The translations under genes and the position numbers were made by a program. The notes beneath the pieces were generated by a model. That model worked only from the letters and a program-made list of their open reading frames with translations, was not told the DNA's origin and searched no databases. From positions 64,001 through 128,000 of the forward strand of contig JBGPQV010000003.1 in NCBI GenBank assembly GCA_041489255.1: a DNA stretch of 64,000 nt, in the 5' to 3' direction. Position 1 is the first letter of the stretch; the number at the start of each line of letters is the position of its first letter. The stretch comes from Thermoplasmata archaeon. Its GTDB lineage: Archaea; Thermoplasmatota; Thermoplasmata; RBG-16-68-12; JAFNFQ01. Positions 38,635 through 47,976 of the stretch are shown piece after piece.

Positions 38635-38707
38635 GCGGCGTTCCGCTTCAGGCGATACTGACAACCTTATCTACAATCGCGCTTTGGCCAGTGCTCAAAG
38701 GTAGCGC

Positions 38708-39985
38708 TTGAACCAGGAAGAGAAGGCAGAGCCCGGGCGCGTCCCTCGGTCCATTTATGCCAACCAAGTCGTAGGGTCTTTCGGAAGCGGCATGGCCGCG
38801 TCCTCGGTGCCCGTCTATGCCCTTCGTCTGAACGCCACGAGCATAGACCTCGGCTGGCTTCAGGCCATCCAGAACTTCTTCCCGAACGCCCTGCAGATTC
38901 CCTGGGGGAAGCTCAGCGACCGCATGGGCCGCAGGACTCCGTTCATCATCGTCGGCACATCGCTGGCCGCCGTCGCCTATCTCATGATGATCGCGTCGTC
39001 GACCGCCCTCCTCGTGATCCTCGCCGCCTTGTTCCAGGCAATCGCGACTTCGGCGGTCATCCCGGCGTGGTCAGCCCTGATCGGAGAGAAGATCCCGGTA
39101 ACCAAGCGAGGGAAGAGCCTCGGCAGCATTGGGCGCTGGGCTGGGCTCGCGGGCATCGTGGGGAGCCTTGTCGCGATATTCGTCGTCTCGGGCGCGCCGC
39201 CGGACAGCTCTTCCGTTTTCCACATGCTTTTCCTTCCCGCGTTCGTGGCGGGGCTCGCCGCGGCGCTCATCATTCTCGCGCTCCGCGAGCATAGGTCCGT
39301 GCCAAAGACCGAGGCTGGCGGCGACCCGGACAGCGGGAACGGGGACGAGAAGCTGTGCGATTTCAGGTTCTTCGTCAAGACTCAGGTGTTCTACAACTTC
39401 TTCATGTCGTTCATCTGGCCGATCATGACGATCACCCAGATCACGGTGCTCAAGGCGAGCAACCTCGAGGTGGCGATACTCTCGCTGATCGGCTCCGTCG
39501 CGACCGTGGCCGTCCAGAGCCAGGTGGGGAAGCTCATGGACCGAGTCGGTCCGGTCAACATGATCAGCGCTAGCAGGTTCATGCTGGTGATCGTGCCGCT
39601 GGTCTACGGCTTCGCGACGAGCATGTACCACCTCTACGTGATGAACCTCCTCCTTGGCGTTGCTCTGGCGATCGGGAACGTGGCCTTCTCCGGCTACATC
39701 CTCGACATCGCCCCGCCGCGGAAAAGGGGCGAGTACTTCGCGAACTTCAACACCGCGATAGGCTCGGTCACGTTCGTGGGGAGCCTCATCGGGGGATACA
39801 TGGCCAACTACCTCATGGGCTTCTGGGGACTCTGGTACGGGCTCCTGGCGGTCTACATGGTGTCGTTCGCCGGACGGCTCGCAGGTGCGATCTGGACGCT
39901 GAAGGTGAAAGAGTGCCGCAATTACCCGGAGAGGATGAGGGACGTGATGATGGACAACATACCGTTCATCCGCCCGCCGCCATAG
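38708..39985 (+). CDS. MFS transporter
   Basis: About 12 TM helices; motif A GKLSDRMGRR and its repeat GKLMDRVG. Confidence 0.92.
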   Translation: MNQEEKAEPGRVPRSIYANQVVGSFGSGMAASSVPVYALRLNATSIDLGWLQAIQNFFPNALQIPWGKLSDRMGRRTPFIIVGTSLAAVAYLMMIASSTALLVILAALFQAIATSAVIPAWSALIGEKIPVTKRGKSLGSIGRWAGLAGIVGSLVAIFVVSGAPPDSSSVFHMLFLPAFVAGLAAALIILALREHRSVPKTEAGGDPDSGNGDEKLCDFRFFVKTQVFYNFFMSFIWPIMTITQITVLKASNLEVAILSLIGSVATVAVQSQVGKLMDRVGPVNMISASRFMLVIVPLVYGFATSMYHLYVMNLLLGVALAIGNVAFSGYILDIAPPRKRGEYFANFNTAIGSVTFVGSLIGGYMANYLMGFWGLWYGLLAVYMVSFAGRLAGAIWTLKVKECRNYPERMRDVMMDNIPFIRPPP

Positions 39986-40636
39986 TCAGCGCAGGCCGTA
40001 CATGAGTCTGTGATCCTCGTCTATCGGCCCCGCACCGCCGAGGAACAGGTGGTCCACCGCAACGACCCCGCTTACTACGAGGAAAGTCTCCACGCCGAAG
40101 TGGTACCTGTCCTCCGTCTTGTTCTCCAGCCTCGCGAAGAAGTCGGGGCCGTCAGCCGCCAGATGGAAGTAGTGATTCGTGAGGCAGTCCGACATCACTG
40201 AGCTGCTCGCATGCATTTCGTAGGGATGGTAGGGATCCTCCCGCCATTCCCAGTCCAGGCCTAATCTGATCGCGAGCAGGGGGTCCCTCACGCCGTCGAG
40301 CCTGAACCTCGCCGAGATCTCTCCCGCCGTGACGTCGAAGTGGAATCCCGCGAGGGGATCGAAATCGTTGGTCCTCACAATACTCACGTCCACGCCGGTG
40401 AAACCCGCCGAGCGCAGATGCAATGCGATGAGGTGACTGAGGTGCGATTCCGAGTCTTTCAGCCCGCCCTTGAGGATCGCTTCCTTCACCGCATCGTCGA
40501 CCGCTAGCCTAGTCGCCGCCAAGGTATCCGCCGACGTCAAATTGGGCCTGTGCCTGGCATACGCCACCGCGAATATCGCGGCGGTCGCGACGCAGCAGGC
40601 GATGACCACCGCCAATGCCTTGTGCAGCTCCCTCAC
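39986..40636 (-). CDS. Hypothetical protein with N-terminal TM/signal anchor
   Basis: Hydrophobic N-terminus ALAVVIACCVATAAIFAVAYA; codon style like neighbours; ends flush with the convergent MFS gene. Confidence 0.65.
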   Translation of the reverse strand: MRELHKALAVVIACCVATAAIFAVAYARHRPNLTSADTLAATRLAVDDAVKEAILKGGLKDSESHLSHLIALHLRSAGFTGVDVSIVRTNDFDPLAGFHFDVTAGEISARFRLDGVRDPLLAIRLGLDWEWREDPYHPYEMHASSSVMSDCLTNHYFHLAADGPDFFARLENKTEDRYHFGVETFLVVSGVVAVDHLFLGGAGPIDEDHRLMYGLR

Positions 40637-41162
40637 GCAGGGGCATCCATCAAGTGCGACGATAGAACTTCCCCATGGAGCAAGCAAACCGAGAAGCTAC
40701 CGCCTTATCGCATCCGCGGTGTCCCCCTGAGTGAATTCACGACCCTATGGAGGAATCCTTAACTATCCTATGGACATACTCCAGTTAGAGTGAAAGGGAA
40801 TGGTGACAGCTAGGAATGCGGGAGCGATGGTCGTCATCTTTCTATCCTCAAGGCTGGGACAGACGATTCTTGTCGTTGTGGTCTCAATCGTGATGATTCT
40901 TCTAATGTTGGTGATTGCTCGACCGATTTGAGAGATCCCTTCTGGCTTCATCGGATTGAGAAAATCCGTTGACCTCGATGATGCCTCATGGAATGTCAAG
41001 GCAGTAGCAAGTTGCTAAACGCTCCCAAGTGCTGAGTCTTCGGGCTGAAATCGAGCATGAGCGTTCCTGTCCCAATCACATATGAGCAGCCCAATCCCAT
41101 TTTTTAGTATAGTCCACGGCCTGATAAATAATCCTATAAGCTACCGCCATATTGCATCCGCG

Positions 41163-42341
41163 GTGGCCCTCCTACCAGACTACGGCAACGCGAAGGATCC
41201 CGCGGTCAGGGCGAAGTACGCGTACCTGCAGTCGGGGATATGCCTTGCAGGGAACGCCTTCCTTCTGTCTTCCAAGCTCTACCTCTCGATCATCTGGGGT
41301 TCGGTGGCGGTGCTCGGGGACGCGCTCAACCACACTGCCGACGTCGCGGTTTCCGCCACGATACTGCTCGCTTTCAGGTGGTCCAAGAAGGAGGCTGACG
41401 AAGAGCATCCCCAAGGCCATGGACGCATAGAGCACGTCCTGGCCATCGTTGTCGCATCGATGGTCGTGACCATGGGAATCCTCATCATCCGGGAGGCATC
41501 TGGGAAGTTCAGCAATCCTACGATCGAGGGCAGCATGCTCTTCGCAGCCCTGATGGTCGCCTTCGCCTGCGTGAAGGCGATGATGGCCGCCCTCAGTTTC
41601 GCGGTGGCGAAAAGGATAGAGAGCAACGCGATCAGGGGAGACGCCTGGAACCACACCACCGATGTCCTAATCTCCATGTCACTGGCCGCCGCAATCTTCG
41701 TCACGACGCTCAACCCCGAATACAGGATACTCGACCCCGTCTTCGGCATCGTCGTGGCGTGCATCGTCATGTACGCCGGCGGTTCCCTCATCCGCGAGTC
41801 AGCGAGCGTGCTCATAGGCGAGGCACCGCCCGAGGAGATGGTCAGGAAGATCCGCCAGACCGCCGTGGCGGTCAAAGGCGTCAGGGACGTGCACGACATC
41901 GTCGTACATGACTACGCCACCAGGAAGGTCGTCTCCCTCCATGTCGTCGTCGATGAGAGCATCACCGCGCAGGAGGCGCACCGCATCGCCACTGAAGTCG
42001 AGGACAACATCCAGGAGCACACGGAATGCCTGCCGACCGCCCACATCGAGGTGACTGAGCCCAGGCTCGACCCGGATCAGATTGAGGAATTGGTGCGCAC
42101 CGCCGTGGCGGCTCACAAGGCCGTCAAGGAGTGCGTGAGCGTGGAAATCATCCCTTGCGCCGATGGCGGCGACATCATGCTGACCGTCGCGGTGGAGGGA
42201 GACCTCAGAGTGAGGGACACGGACCGCATCCTACGTGAGCTGGAGGGGGACATCAAGGTCCGCCTGCCGCATTACCGCCCGATCGCCCGTGCGGTGCCTT
42301 ACGGCGGGGGACCGAGACCCCCCGTTCGCCAGGGGTCCTAG
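41163..42341 (+). CDS. Cation diffusion facilitator (FieF-like) with duplicated C-terminal domain
   Basis: [55 protein letters not shown]. Start may be 41082. Confidence 0.9.
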   Translation: MALLPDYGNAKDPAVRAKYAYLQSGICLAGNAFLLSSKLYLSIIWGSVAVLGDALNHTADVAVSATILLAFRWSKKEADEEHPQGHGRIEHVLAIVVASMVVTMGILIIREASGKFSNPTIEGSMLFAALMVAFACVKAMMAALSFAVAKRIESNAIRGDAWNHTTDVLISMSLAAAIFVTTLNPEYRILDPVFGIVVACIVMYAGGSLIRESASVLIGEAPPEEMVRKIRQTAVAVKGVRDVHDIVVHDYATRKVVSLHVVVDESITAQEAHRIATEVEDNIQEHTECLPTAHIEVTEPRLDPDQIEELVRTAVAAHKAVKECVSVEIIPCADGGDIMLTVAVEGDLRVRDTDRILRELEGDIKVRLPHYRPIARAVPYGGGPRPPVRQGS

Positions 42342-42649
42342 AGGCCGAATAGGGCGCTGAGGCCGGCCGCAGCCTCTTCCTCAGTGACCTTCTCTTCCTC
42401 TTTCTTCTTCTCTGCTTTCTTCTCTTCCTTCTTCTCCGGCGCAAGTGCGGCCGCTGACGCGGCAGCTGGCACCGCCACGGCCTTCGCGAGGGCCTCCTCT
42501 ATGTTGACTCCCTCGAGGGCCGCGGTCAATGCCTTGATCCGCGTCTCGTCCGGCTTCACGCCAGCCGCGGTGAGGATCTTCTTCAGACCGTCCTCCGTGA
42601 CAGGCTTGCCGGCCGCGTGCAGCACTAGCGCGCTGTACACATATTCCAT
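42338..42649 (-). CDS. rpl12: 50S ribosomal stalk protein P1 (archaeal L12)
   Basis: [11 protein letters not shown]...[13 protein letters not shown]; GGAGGT RBS. Confidence 0.97.
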   Translation of the reverse strand: MEYVYSALVLHAAGKPVTEDGLKKILTAAGVKPDETRIKALTAALEGVNIEEALAKAVAVPAAASAAALAPEKKEEKKAEKKKEEEKVTEEEAAAGLSALFGL

Positions 42650-42669
42650 GTTTGTTACCTCCTTGAGCG

Positions 42670-43659
42670 TCATCCTGGACCGGGCTCAGAAGCCGCGTCC
42701 CCGGTCCCTTTCTTCTCCTCCTTCTTCCCCTTCTTCTTCTCTACCTTGCCGCCCTCCGGCTTCGCTTCAGGCGGTTGCCCCGACGGCACACTCTTCTTTT
42801 CCGCGCTGACATCGACCGATGCGAGCGAGGCGAGCGCGAGCATGCTTGCCTTCGCCTTCGCGAGGATCAGCGGCAGCGACTGCTTCGTCAAAATGCCCGC
42901 GTTGACGGCGAGGTTGAGCGCATCGGTGTGCGCCTTGCCCAGCATCGGCCTGATTGTGCTCTTCGTCGGGTAGCCGATGTTCACGGACAGGTTGAACGCC
43001 CTCAGGCCTGCGGTCTGGAAGTCCGCCATGACCTTCGCCTCGTCGATCGCCAGGACGTCGCGTCCGTAGAACATGCCGTCCTCGTAGGCCCCCCTGAGGT
43101 CGAGGCCGACCGTCATTGGGAATATCTCGAGGCGCGTGAGCGCCTGCGCGGTGAGCCGCGGGATCTTCTCGCCCTTGGGGACGAGCAGCTTCTCCTTCTT
43201 GATCACGACCTTGCCCTTCTCTATCGCGGCGGGGATCCCCGCCTTCTGCAGGTCTCCGACCACCGGCCCGGGCTTGAACGGCGTCTCGCCCTCGTGGATC
43301 CAGATGTCATCAGGCGCGACATCCCCTCCCTTGGCGGGAGCCTTGGTCTTCGTCGACTCCATTTCCTTGAACAGCCTGAACGGGTTGATGTTGGCGGTGA
43401 CGACCGCCGACTGCCCGGAGATGGCGGTCTTGAGCTTGTCGATTCCGGCCTTCTGAGTTGCCGCCTGCTCCAGCGCTATCGCGAGCAGGTTCGACTTCGT
43501 CACGCGGAGGTTTACCTTGCCCCTGAGCTTGCGCCGCATCTTCTGGAACTGCGCCGCGGGTATGCCGTGGATATTGACAATCCCGATGACCTGAGACTGG
43601 CCGAACTCCTTCACGAGCTTCTCGACCAGTTCCTTCTTGCGGGGGGATACGTGCGCCAT
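42670..43659 (-). CDS. rplP0: 50S ribosomal protein uL10 (P0)
   Basis: [50 protein letters not shown]. Confidence 0.96.
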   Translation of the reverse strand: MAHVSPRKKELVEKLVKEFGQSQVIGIVNIHGIPAAQFQKMRRKLRGKVNLRVTKSNLLAIALEQAATQKAGIDKLKTAISGQSAVVTANINPFRLFKEMESTKTKAPAKGGDVAPDDIWIHEGETPFKPGPVVGDLQKAGIPAAIEKGKVVIKKEKLLVPKGEKIPRLTAQALTRLEIFPMTVGLDLRGAYEDGMFYGRDVLAIDEAKVMADFQTAGLRAFNLSVNIGYPTKSTIRPMLGKAHTDALNLAVNAGILTKQSLPLILAKAKASMLALASLASVDVSAEKKSVPSGQPPEAKPEGGKVEKKKGKKEEKKGTGDAASEPGPG

Positions 43660-43669
43660 TTCCTTCACC

Positions 43670-44308
43670 TCACAAGAACCTCACTGCCGGCCCCATGGTC
43701 GTCTTCAGGTAGGCGGAATGGATGTTGAACCGCCCCCGTTCGAGCTTCGTCAGCACCCTTTTGAAGAGGAAGTCCACGTTCTCCGCGATGTCCTCGGGGG
43801 TCATGTCCCTCGTGCCCACCGGGGCGTGGAACGTCCTGCGCTCCCCGCTCTTCACGCGGACGGTGTTGCGCATGGCGGTGATTGTCGGAACCGGGTCGGC
43901 GTTTGGCAGGATTGGCTTCGGCATCTTGCCGTGCGGGCCGAGGATCTGACCCATGCGCTTGCCGATCACGGGCATGAGTGGCGCCTCTGCGATGAAGAAA
44001 TCGAACTTCCTCGCGAGGTCCCTCACCTTCTTCTTGTTTCCCGCGAGCTCCTCGAGTTGGTCAGGCTGGATAACGAGGTCTGCAACATTCTTAGCTTTGA
44101 GGGCTAGCTCGGCCGAGCCTATCAGGCAGATCTTGATGGCCTTGCCGCGTCCCTTAGGCAGTGCGACCTCCACATCAACTCTGTTCTTTGGGACGGAGAG
44201 GTCCACGTCTCTCAGGTTGAAAGAAATCTCGACTGATTCCTTGAACTTGCGGGGCGGGGCCGATTCCAGGACTTTCTTGACCGTGTCGACCGTCCGTTTT
44301 TCTGCCGT
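43670..44308 (-). CDS. rpl1: 50S ribosomal protein uL1 (apparent ACG start)
   Basis: RKFKESVE, LPKGRGK, DFFIAEAPLM, LGPHGKMP, KTTMGP. GGAGG lies 8 nt before ACG-GCA-GAA-AAA, giving 212 aa. Confidence 0.95.
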   Translation of the reverse strand, partial: TAEKRTVDTVKKVLESAPPRKFKESVEISFNLRDVDLSVPKNRVDVEVALPKGRGKAIKICLIGSAELALKAKNVADLVIQPDQLEELAGNKKKVRDLARKFDFFIAEAPLMPVIGKRMGQILGPHGKMPKPILPNADPVPTITAMRNTVRVKSGERRTFHAPVGTRDMTPEDIAENVDFLFKRVLTKLERGRFNIHSAYLKTTMGPAVRFL

Positions 44309-44317
44309 ATGCCTCGC

Positions 44318-44360
44318 CTCCTGTAGTACCAGCGGCCAATCTAGGCCTCCTACATGGGAG
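44318..44360 (-). promoter_or_regulatory. Putative L1-binding autoregulatory leader overlapping the rpl1 RBS
   Basis: Minus strand CUCC-CA-UGUAG-GAG-GCC-UAGAUU-GGC-CGCUGGUA-CUACA-GGAG: two stems with an asymmetric internal loop resembling the rRNA/mRNA L1 site (GGAGGC...GCCGC..AC); CUCC can pair with the GGAG RBS. CTTATTAA box at 44383-44390. Confidence 0.7.
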
Positions 44361-44619
44361 AATCGATGCAAAGAGGGTCTGGTTAATAAGCCTTGCTAAT
44401 GCGTTCCGCGGTTGCGCCAGATGGATAGTCATGGTAAGGGATGAGCGCTTCTTCGGAGTTGACCCCTGATGCCATGGCCGGCATCCATATCGCGCCATCA
44501 TTGGCGTCCTCCTCAATGCCGCCTAGTCGGATCGCCTCCTCGCAGTCCGTGTCCCGGTCGCCCCCGCTTCCGCCGCCGTCGGCCCCGATTTTCCGCCAAT
44601 CCGGAGATGATTTCTCCAC

Positions 44620-44920
44620 ATGTGGACCTTCCGGGTCACCATGCGGAGGAATAGGGTCACCATGGTGATTTCACATTTCGCCACATAGACTCATCTCGTC
44701 ACCACCCCCGCAGGTGCTTCGCGACCCTCATTCATCGGTTCTCCACGTAGACCTCCGGGGTCTGCTTGGTGACCTTCCGGGTCACCGCGTGGACGTCGGA
44801 GGTCACCATGGTGACATCGCAGGTCACCACGGTGGAAGGCCAATCCTGACTCGGAAACGCAGGTCGCAATGGTGGAGGTCACGGGTCACCATGGTGAGAT
44901 AGGGGGTCTACTTGGTGAGG
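44620..44920. repeat. Degenerate 21-bp-period repeat array with palindromic core GTCACCATGGTGA(C)
   Basis: GGTCACC-like cores at 44634, 44655; 44759, 44780, 44801, 44822; 44862, 44884, 44905. Confidence 0.75.
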
Positions 44921-45130
44921 AGAGAGGCGCGGATGGTGATTCATGCCGCGCTATGGAGAAACGGGTCGGCGCGGGTTTGCCGCCCTCGAATCCAGGCGAT
45001 AACGAGGTTTGCTCGTTCGTTCAAGACTCAGAGGCTTTGGCGGAACCTCGCCGCGGGCATGGGCCCGTGCAGCACGAGCGCCTCACCGAACATCCGCTTT
45101 GCGGACTCTCCGCCATAGAAAGACGCGATG

Positions 45131-45164
45131 AAAAAAAGAAGAATGAGGCCCCGTGAGGGGCCTC
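45131..45164 (-). terminator. Hairpin plus T-tract terminator
   Basis: GAGGCCCC-GTGA-GGGGCCTC (45145-45164) followed on the minus strand by ATTCTTCTTTTTTT; about 50 nt downstream of the 45215 stop. Confidence 0.65.
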
Positions 45165-45214
45165 TTCGGTCGCATGACCTCTGTCCGGATTCCAAGGAAT
45201 CCCGGTCATTACTG

Positions 45215-45640
45215 CTAAGGCTTCCCCGGCGCGGGCTCAGCGGTCAGGTTCTGCGCGGGCTCGACCCCGGTGTCGTTGTCAGGCCTCTTCATCCTGCTCC
45301 GGATGCGCCTGAAGTTCTTGGCGGGGACGCTGTTCTTGTCGACGGCTCCGATCATCATGTCAAGCTGGCTGGAGCCGACGACGTAGAGCTGCTTCAGGTC
45401 CGCCTCGTGCTCCTCGGTGATCTCCCTCAGCTCCCGCTTCTTCTGCTCCTGCTTCTCGTTCGAGGCGTTCGCCTTCCTGTGCTGTGCAAGGAGCTTCTGA
45501 TGCATAACGTCGATGTCGAGGTTCCCCTTCATCAGGGCCGCTCTCTCGGTGACCTGGAGGTCCTCGACCTTCTCGATGGTACCTAGGATCTGCGCTTCAC
45601 TGTATCCCAGTCTCTTCACCTCCTCCCCCATCAAAGACAC
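45215..45640 (-). CDS. Hypothetical helical/coiled-coil protein
   Basis: GAGGTG RBS, GC3-rich codons, heptad-like stretch ANASNEKQEQKKRELREITEE, own terminator. Confidence 0.7.
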   Translation of the reverse strand: MSLMGEEVKRLGYSEAQILGTIEKVEDLQVTERAALMKGNLDIDVMHQKLLAQHRKANASNEKQEQKKRELREITEEHEADLKQLYVVGSSQLDMMIGAVDKNSVPAKNFRRIRSRMKRPDNDTGVEPAQNLTAEPAPGKP

Positions 45641-45710
45641 GCACCGCGCACCTCATCCGAGGAGGTTAATGACGTTGGCGGGAAGATACTTCAACCCTCC
45701 CCGCTCGTGC

Positions 45711-45770
45711 ACTGTGAAAACACTGTGAATGAACTGTGAAAACACTGTTAATACACTCTAAATACACTCT
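45711..45770. repeat. Tandem 11-bp direct repeats (five full units plus a partial one)
   Basis: ACTGTGAAAAC ACTGTGAATGA ACTGTGAAAAC ACTGTTAATAC ACTCTAAATAC ACTCT. Confidence 0.85.
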
Positions 45771-45787
45771 CGCCAAGGATAGGGATG

Positions 45788-46261
45788 TCAGTGCTCCGAA
45801 ACACCTTCTTGCGGACGCGCAGCTCCCAGAAGCTTGGACGACTTCGCCGCATCTGCACCGGAACCTCCGAGGCGAGGCGGGGGCGGCTGGAACCTCGCCG
45901 GTTGCTCATGCGGAACGCCTTTGTGCTCGCGCGTGTCCTCGCGCGGACGGCCGCCTCTGCTCTCGGACGCGGATTTACCGCCCGGCTTGGCGGTGAACCG
46001 CTTGCCGAGGGACCTCCCCACCGGCGTGAGCTCGTACACGATCATCCGCCTCGTTCCCGTATCGATGTAGGCTGTCTTGACCTCGATGCAGCCCTCCTCT
46101 ACCAGCTTCCTCAGCTCGTTCCCGGCGTGTGTCCTGCCGATCCCGAGGGCACTGGCCATGCCCGCCTGGGTCATCTCCACAGGGAAGACGTAATCATCGC
46201 GCGAACGCGGGCAGGTCATCAGGTGCGTGATGAGCTTTACCTTTATCGTGCATTCCGCCAT
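45788..46261 (-). CDS. Stand-alone winged-helix protein of the same type as the STAND N-terminal wHTH
   Basis: MTQAGMASALGIGRTHAGNELRKLVEEG...YELTPVG aligns with LAQASIAEALHARQAHVSRAMRRVCARG...YMLTSKG of 21441; low-complexity tail. Confidence 0.8.
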   Translation of the reverse strand: MAECTIKVKLITHLMTCPRSRDDYVFPVEMTQAGMASALGIGRTHAGNELRKLVEEGCIEVKTAYIDTGTRRMIVYELTPVGRSLGKRFTAKPGGKSASESRGGRPREDTREHKGVPHEQPARFQPPPPRLGGSGADAAKSSKLLGAARPQEGVSEH

Positions 46262-46619
46262 AGAAGTCTCCTAGCGTAATACATTGACTAGGAAGTATAA
46301 GAAAAGTCCGGAGAATCGTTGAATTTAATGGGATAGTCTTGATATCGATAATGTCAATGAACGCGTTTCAGTGTCAAACGGGAATATTGATTGTGATAAT
46401 GAGGAGGAGCACGCCCATCTGCCGTCAGAGCAGTCAGTGGCGCCCTCGGTTACGCGGCGGACCGCGGCATAGAGTACCTGCAGACCGGGACGCTGGAGTG
46501 GGACTGGGGGCAGTTCGGGCTCAGCGTGGGCACAGAGGCCGCGGCGGGGGCGACGAGGGAGACACGTATCCGGATGCCGGGAAGGCTGAAATCCCCGGAC
46601 GGCATGCGATGGCGGGAAC

Positions 46620-47510
46620 ATGGATGCGTTGACTCTGGCGGGAATCGTCCAGGACTGCCTCCCCGAGGTCCGCGTGAGGAGCGTTTCACGGCTGCAGGAA
46701 GGCTGGGCCAGCTTCGTCATCGAGGTCAACGGCGAGCTGATCTTCAGGTTTCAGAAGAGGCCGGAAGTGGAGGACAACCTGAGGAAGGAGATACGGCTGA
46801 TGCCCAAGCTGTCAGAACACCTCTCCTTTCGAGTTCCTTACTTCGAATATATCTGGGAAGGCGGCAAGGAATATGATGGTTGGTTCGTGGGCTACAGGAA
46901 GATCGATGGCGTTCCGATCGGCAGGTGGTGCACGAAGAAAGCGCACTCCGCCAGGATGATCCGCAACCTCGCCAGGATGCTCACCGAGATCCACCACTTC
47001 CCTGTGAAACGCTACCCAGTGCTCAAGCTGCTCTTCTTCGGACCAAGACAGCGGAAGGACAAGCTGAAGAACCTCTACGCGCAGGTAATGGAGAAGGTCC
47101 TGCCGATCCTCAGCGCGACGGAACGGCGCAGGACAATCGACTTCTTCGAACAGCAATTGGCGGTCGCGGAGAACTTCCGCTTCAACTCGACGTTGACACA
47201 CGACGACCTGAGCGGACCGCACATCCTGTGCGACAGGGGCGGCGACAGAATCAACGGAGTCATCGACTGGGAGGACGGCTGCACCGGGGACCCGGCGGTA
47301 GATTTCTACGGCATCCTCCAGGATTGTGGCCCATCCTTGACGAAAAAGGTGCTGGAGGGGTACAAGGGTGAGCCAGACCCCGGCATCATGCAGAGGGCCC
47401 GGCTCTATCTGGGTGTCGTCCCGTTCTACGAGGTCCTGTACGGTCAGGAGCACGACGAGGCGACGGCCAAGTTTGGACTGGCACGCCTGCGCGCAACCAT
47501 TCTGAGATGA
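46620..47510 (+). CDS. Aminoglycoside phosphotransferase/kinase-like family protein
   Basis: EGWAS, LIFRF, catalytic-loop variant THDDLSGPHIL, GVIDWED, GDPAVDF. Confidence 0.88.
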   Translation: MDALTLAGIVQDCLPEVRVRSVSRLQEGWASFVIEVNGELIFRFQKRPEVEDNLRKEIRLMPKLSEHLSFRVPYFEYIWEGGKEYDGWFVGYRKIDGVPIGRWCTKKAHSARMIRNLARMLTEIHHFPVKRYPVLKLLFFGPRQRKDKLKNLYAQVMEKVLPILSATERRRTIDFFEQQLAVAENFRFNSTLTHDDLSGPHILCDRGGDRINGVIDWEDGCTGDPAVDFYGILQDCGPSLTKKVLEGYKGEPDPGIMQRARLYLGVVPFYEVLYGQEHDEATAKFGLARLRATILR

Positions 47511-47533
47511 TGCGGCGCAGTCCGATGCTGTGC

Positions 47534-47791
47534 CTATTCCTTGCTGCCCCAGCGGCTGAACATTATGATGAAGATTATCATCACGACGGTCAGCACGACA
47601 GCGACGACCATGTAGCCAATCCAGCCCATCAGGCTGATGGTGGCGAATGTCGTGTCGATCCCCGCGACCTTCAGCCCGCCCATGACGACCTGGTTCCAGA
47701 TCAGGGCGATCACCAGCCCGAAGGCTGTGGCCATAGAGGCCGCGACAGTCTTGCGCACTTCTGCTTTTGACAGTTTCCGTTCCTCTGGCAT
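47534..47791 (-). CDS. Small two-TM membrane protein (DUF5654-like)
   Basis: MATAFGLVIALIWN motif plus a second TM helix. Confidence 0.75.
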   Translation of the reverse strand: MPEERKLSKAEVRKTVAASMATAFGLVIALIWNQVVMGGLKVAGIDTTFATISLMGWIGYMVVAVVLTVVMIIFIIMFSRWGSKE

Positions 47792-47976
47792 ATAGGAGAT
47801 TCCTCCTCGCGGCGAGCAAGAATGTCGGTTTATATTAATTCTTTGGAATTCACGCGCGGAGCCGCACGCGATTTCGGTTCACCGGCATGCTCAGACCGAT
47901 GAAAAGAGAAAAATAGTCGGGGCGCGCATCGGATGTCCGGCGAAGAGCCTCAGTCAGATGGGATGGTGTTCGAGCA

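Noticed and set aside
42775-43728. Long antisense or alternate-frame ORFs (e.g. 42775-43728, 46812-47819, 55467-56525, 62136-63236)
   Set aside because: These are shadows of well-supported genes, expected in high-GC DNA with few off-frame stops; they show no motifs.
44620-44920. Possible CRISPR array
   Set aside because: The 21-bp period leaves no room for spacers, the units are degenerate, and no cas genes are present.
46338-46358. Imperfect palindrome TTGATAT-N5-ATGTCAA in the AT-rich intergenic gap
   Set aside because: Could be an operator, but it is a single short imperfect copy with no supporting evidence.
46620-47510. Calling the APH-family gene an antibiotic resistance determinant
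   Set aside because: The fold is shared by many small-molecule kinases; the substrate cannot be inferred from motifs.
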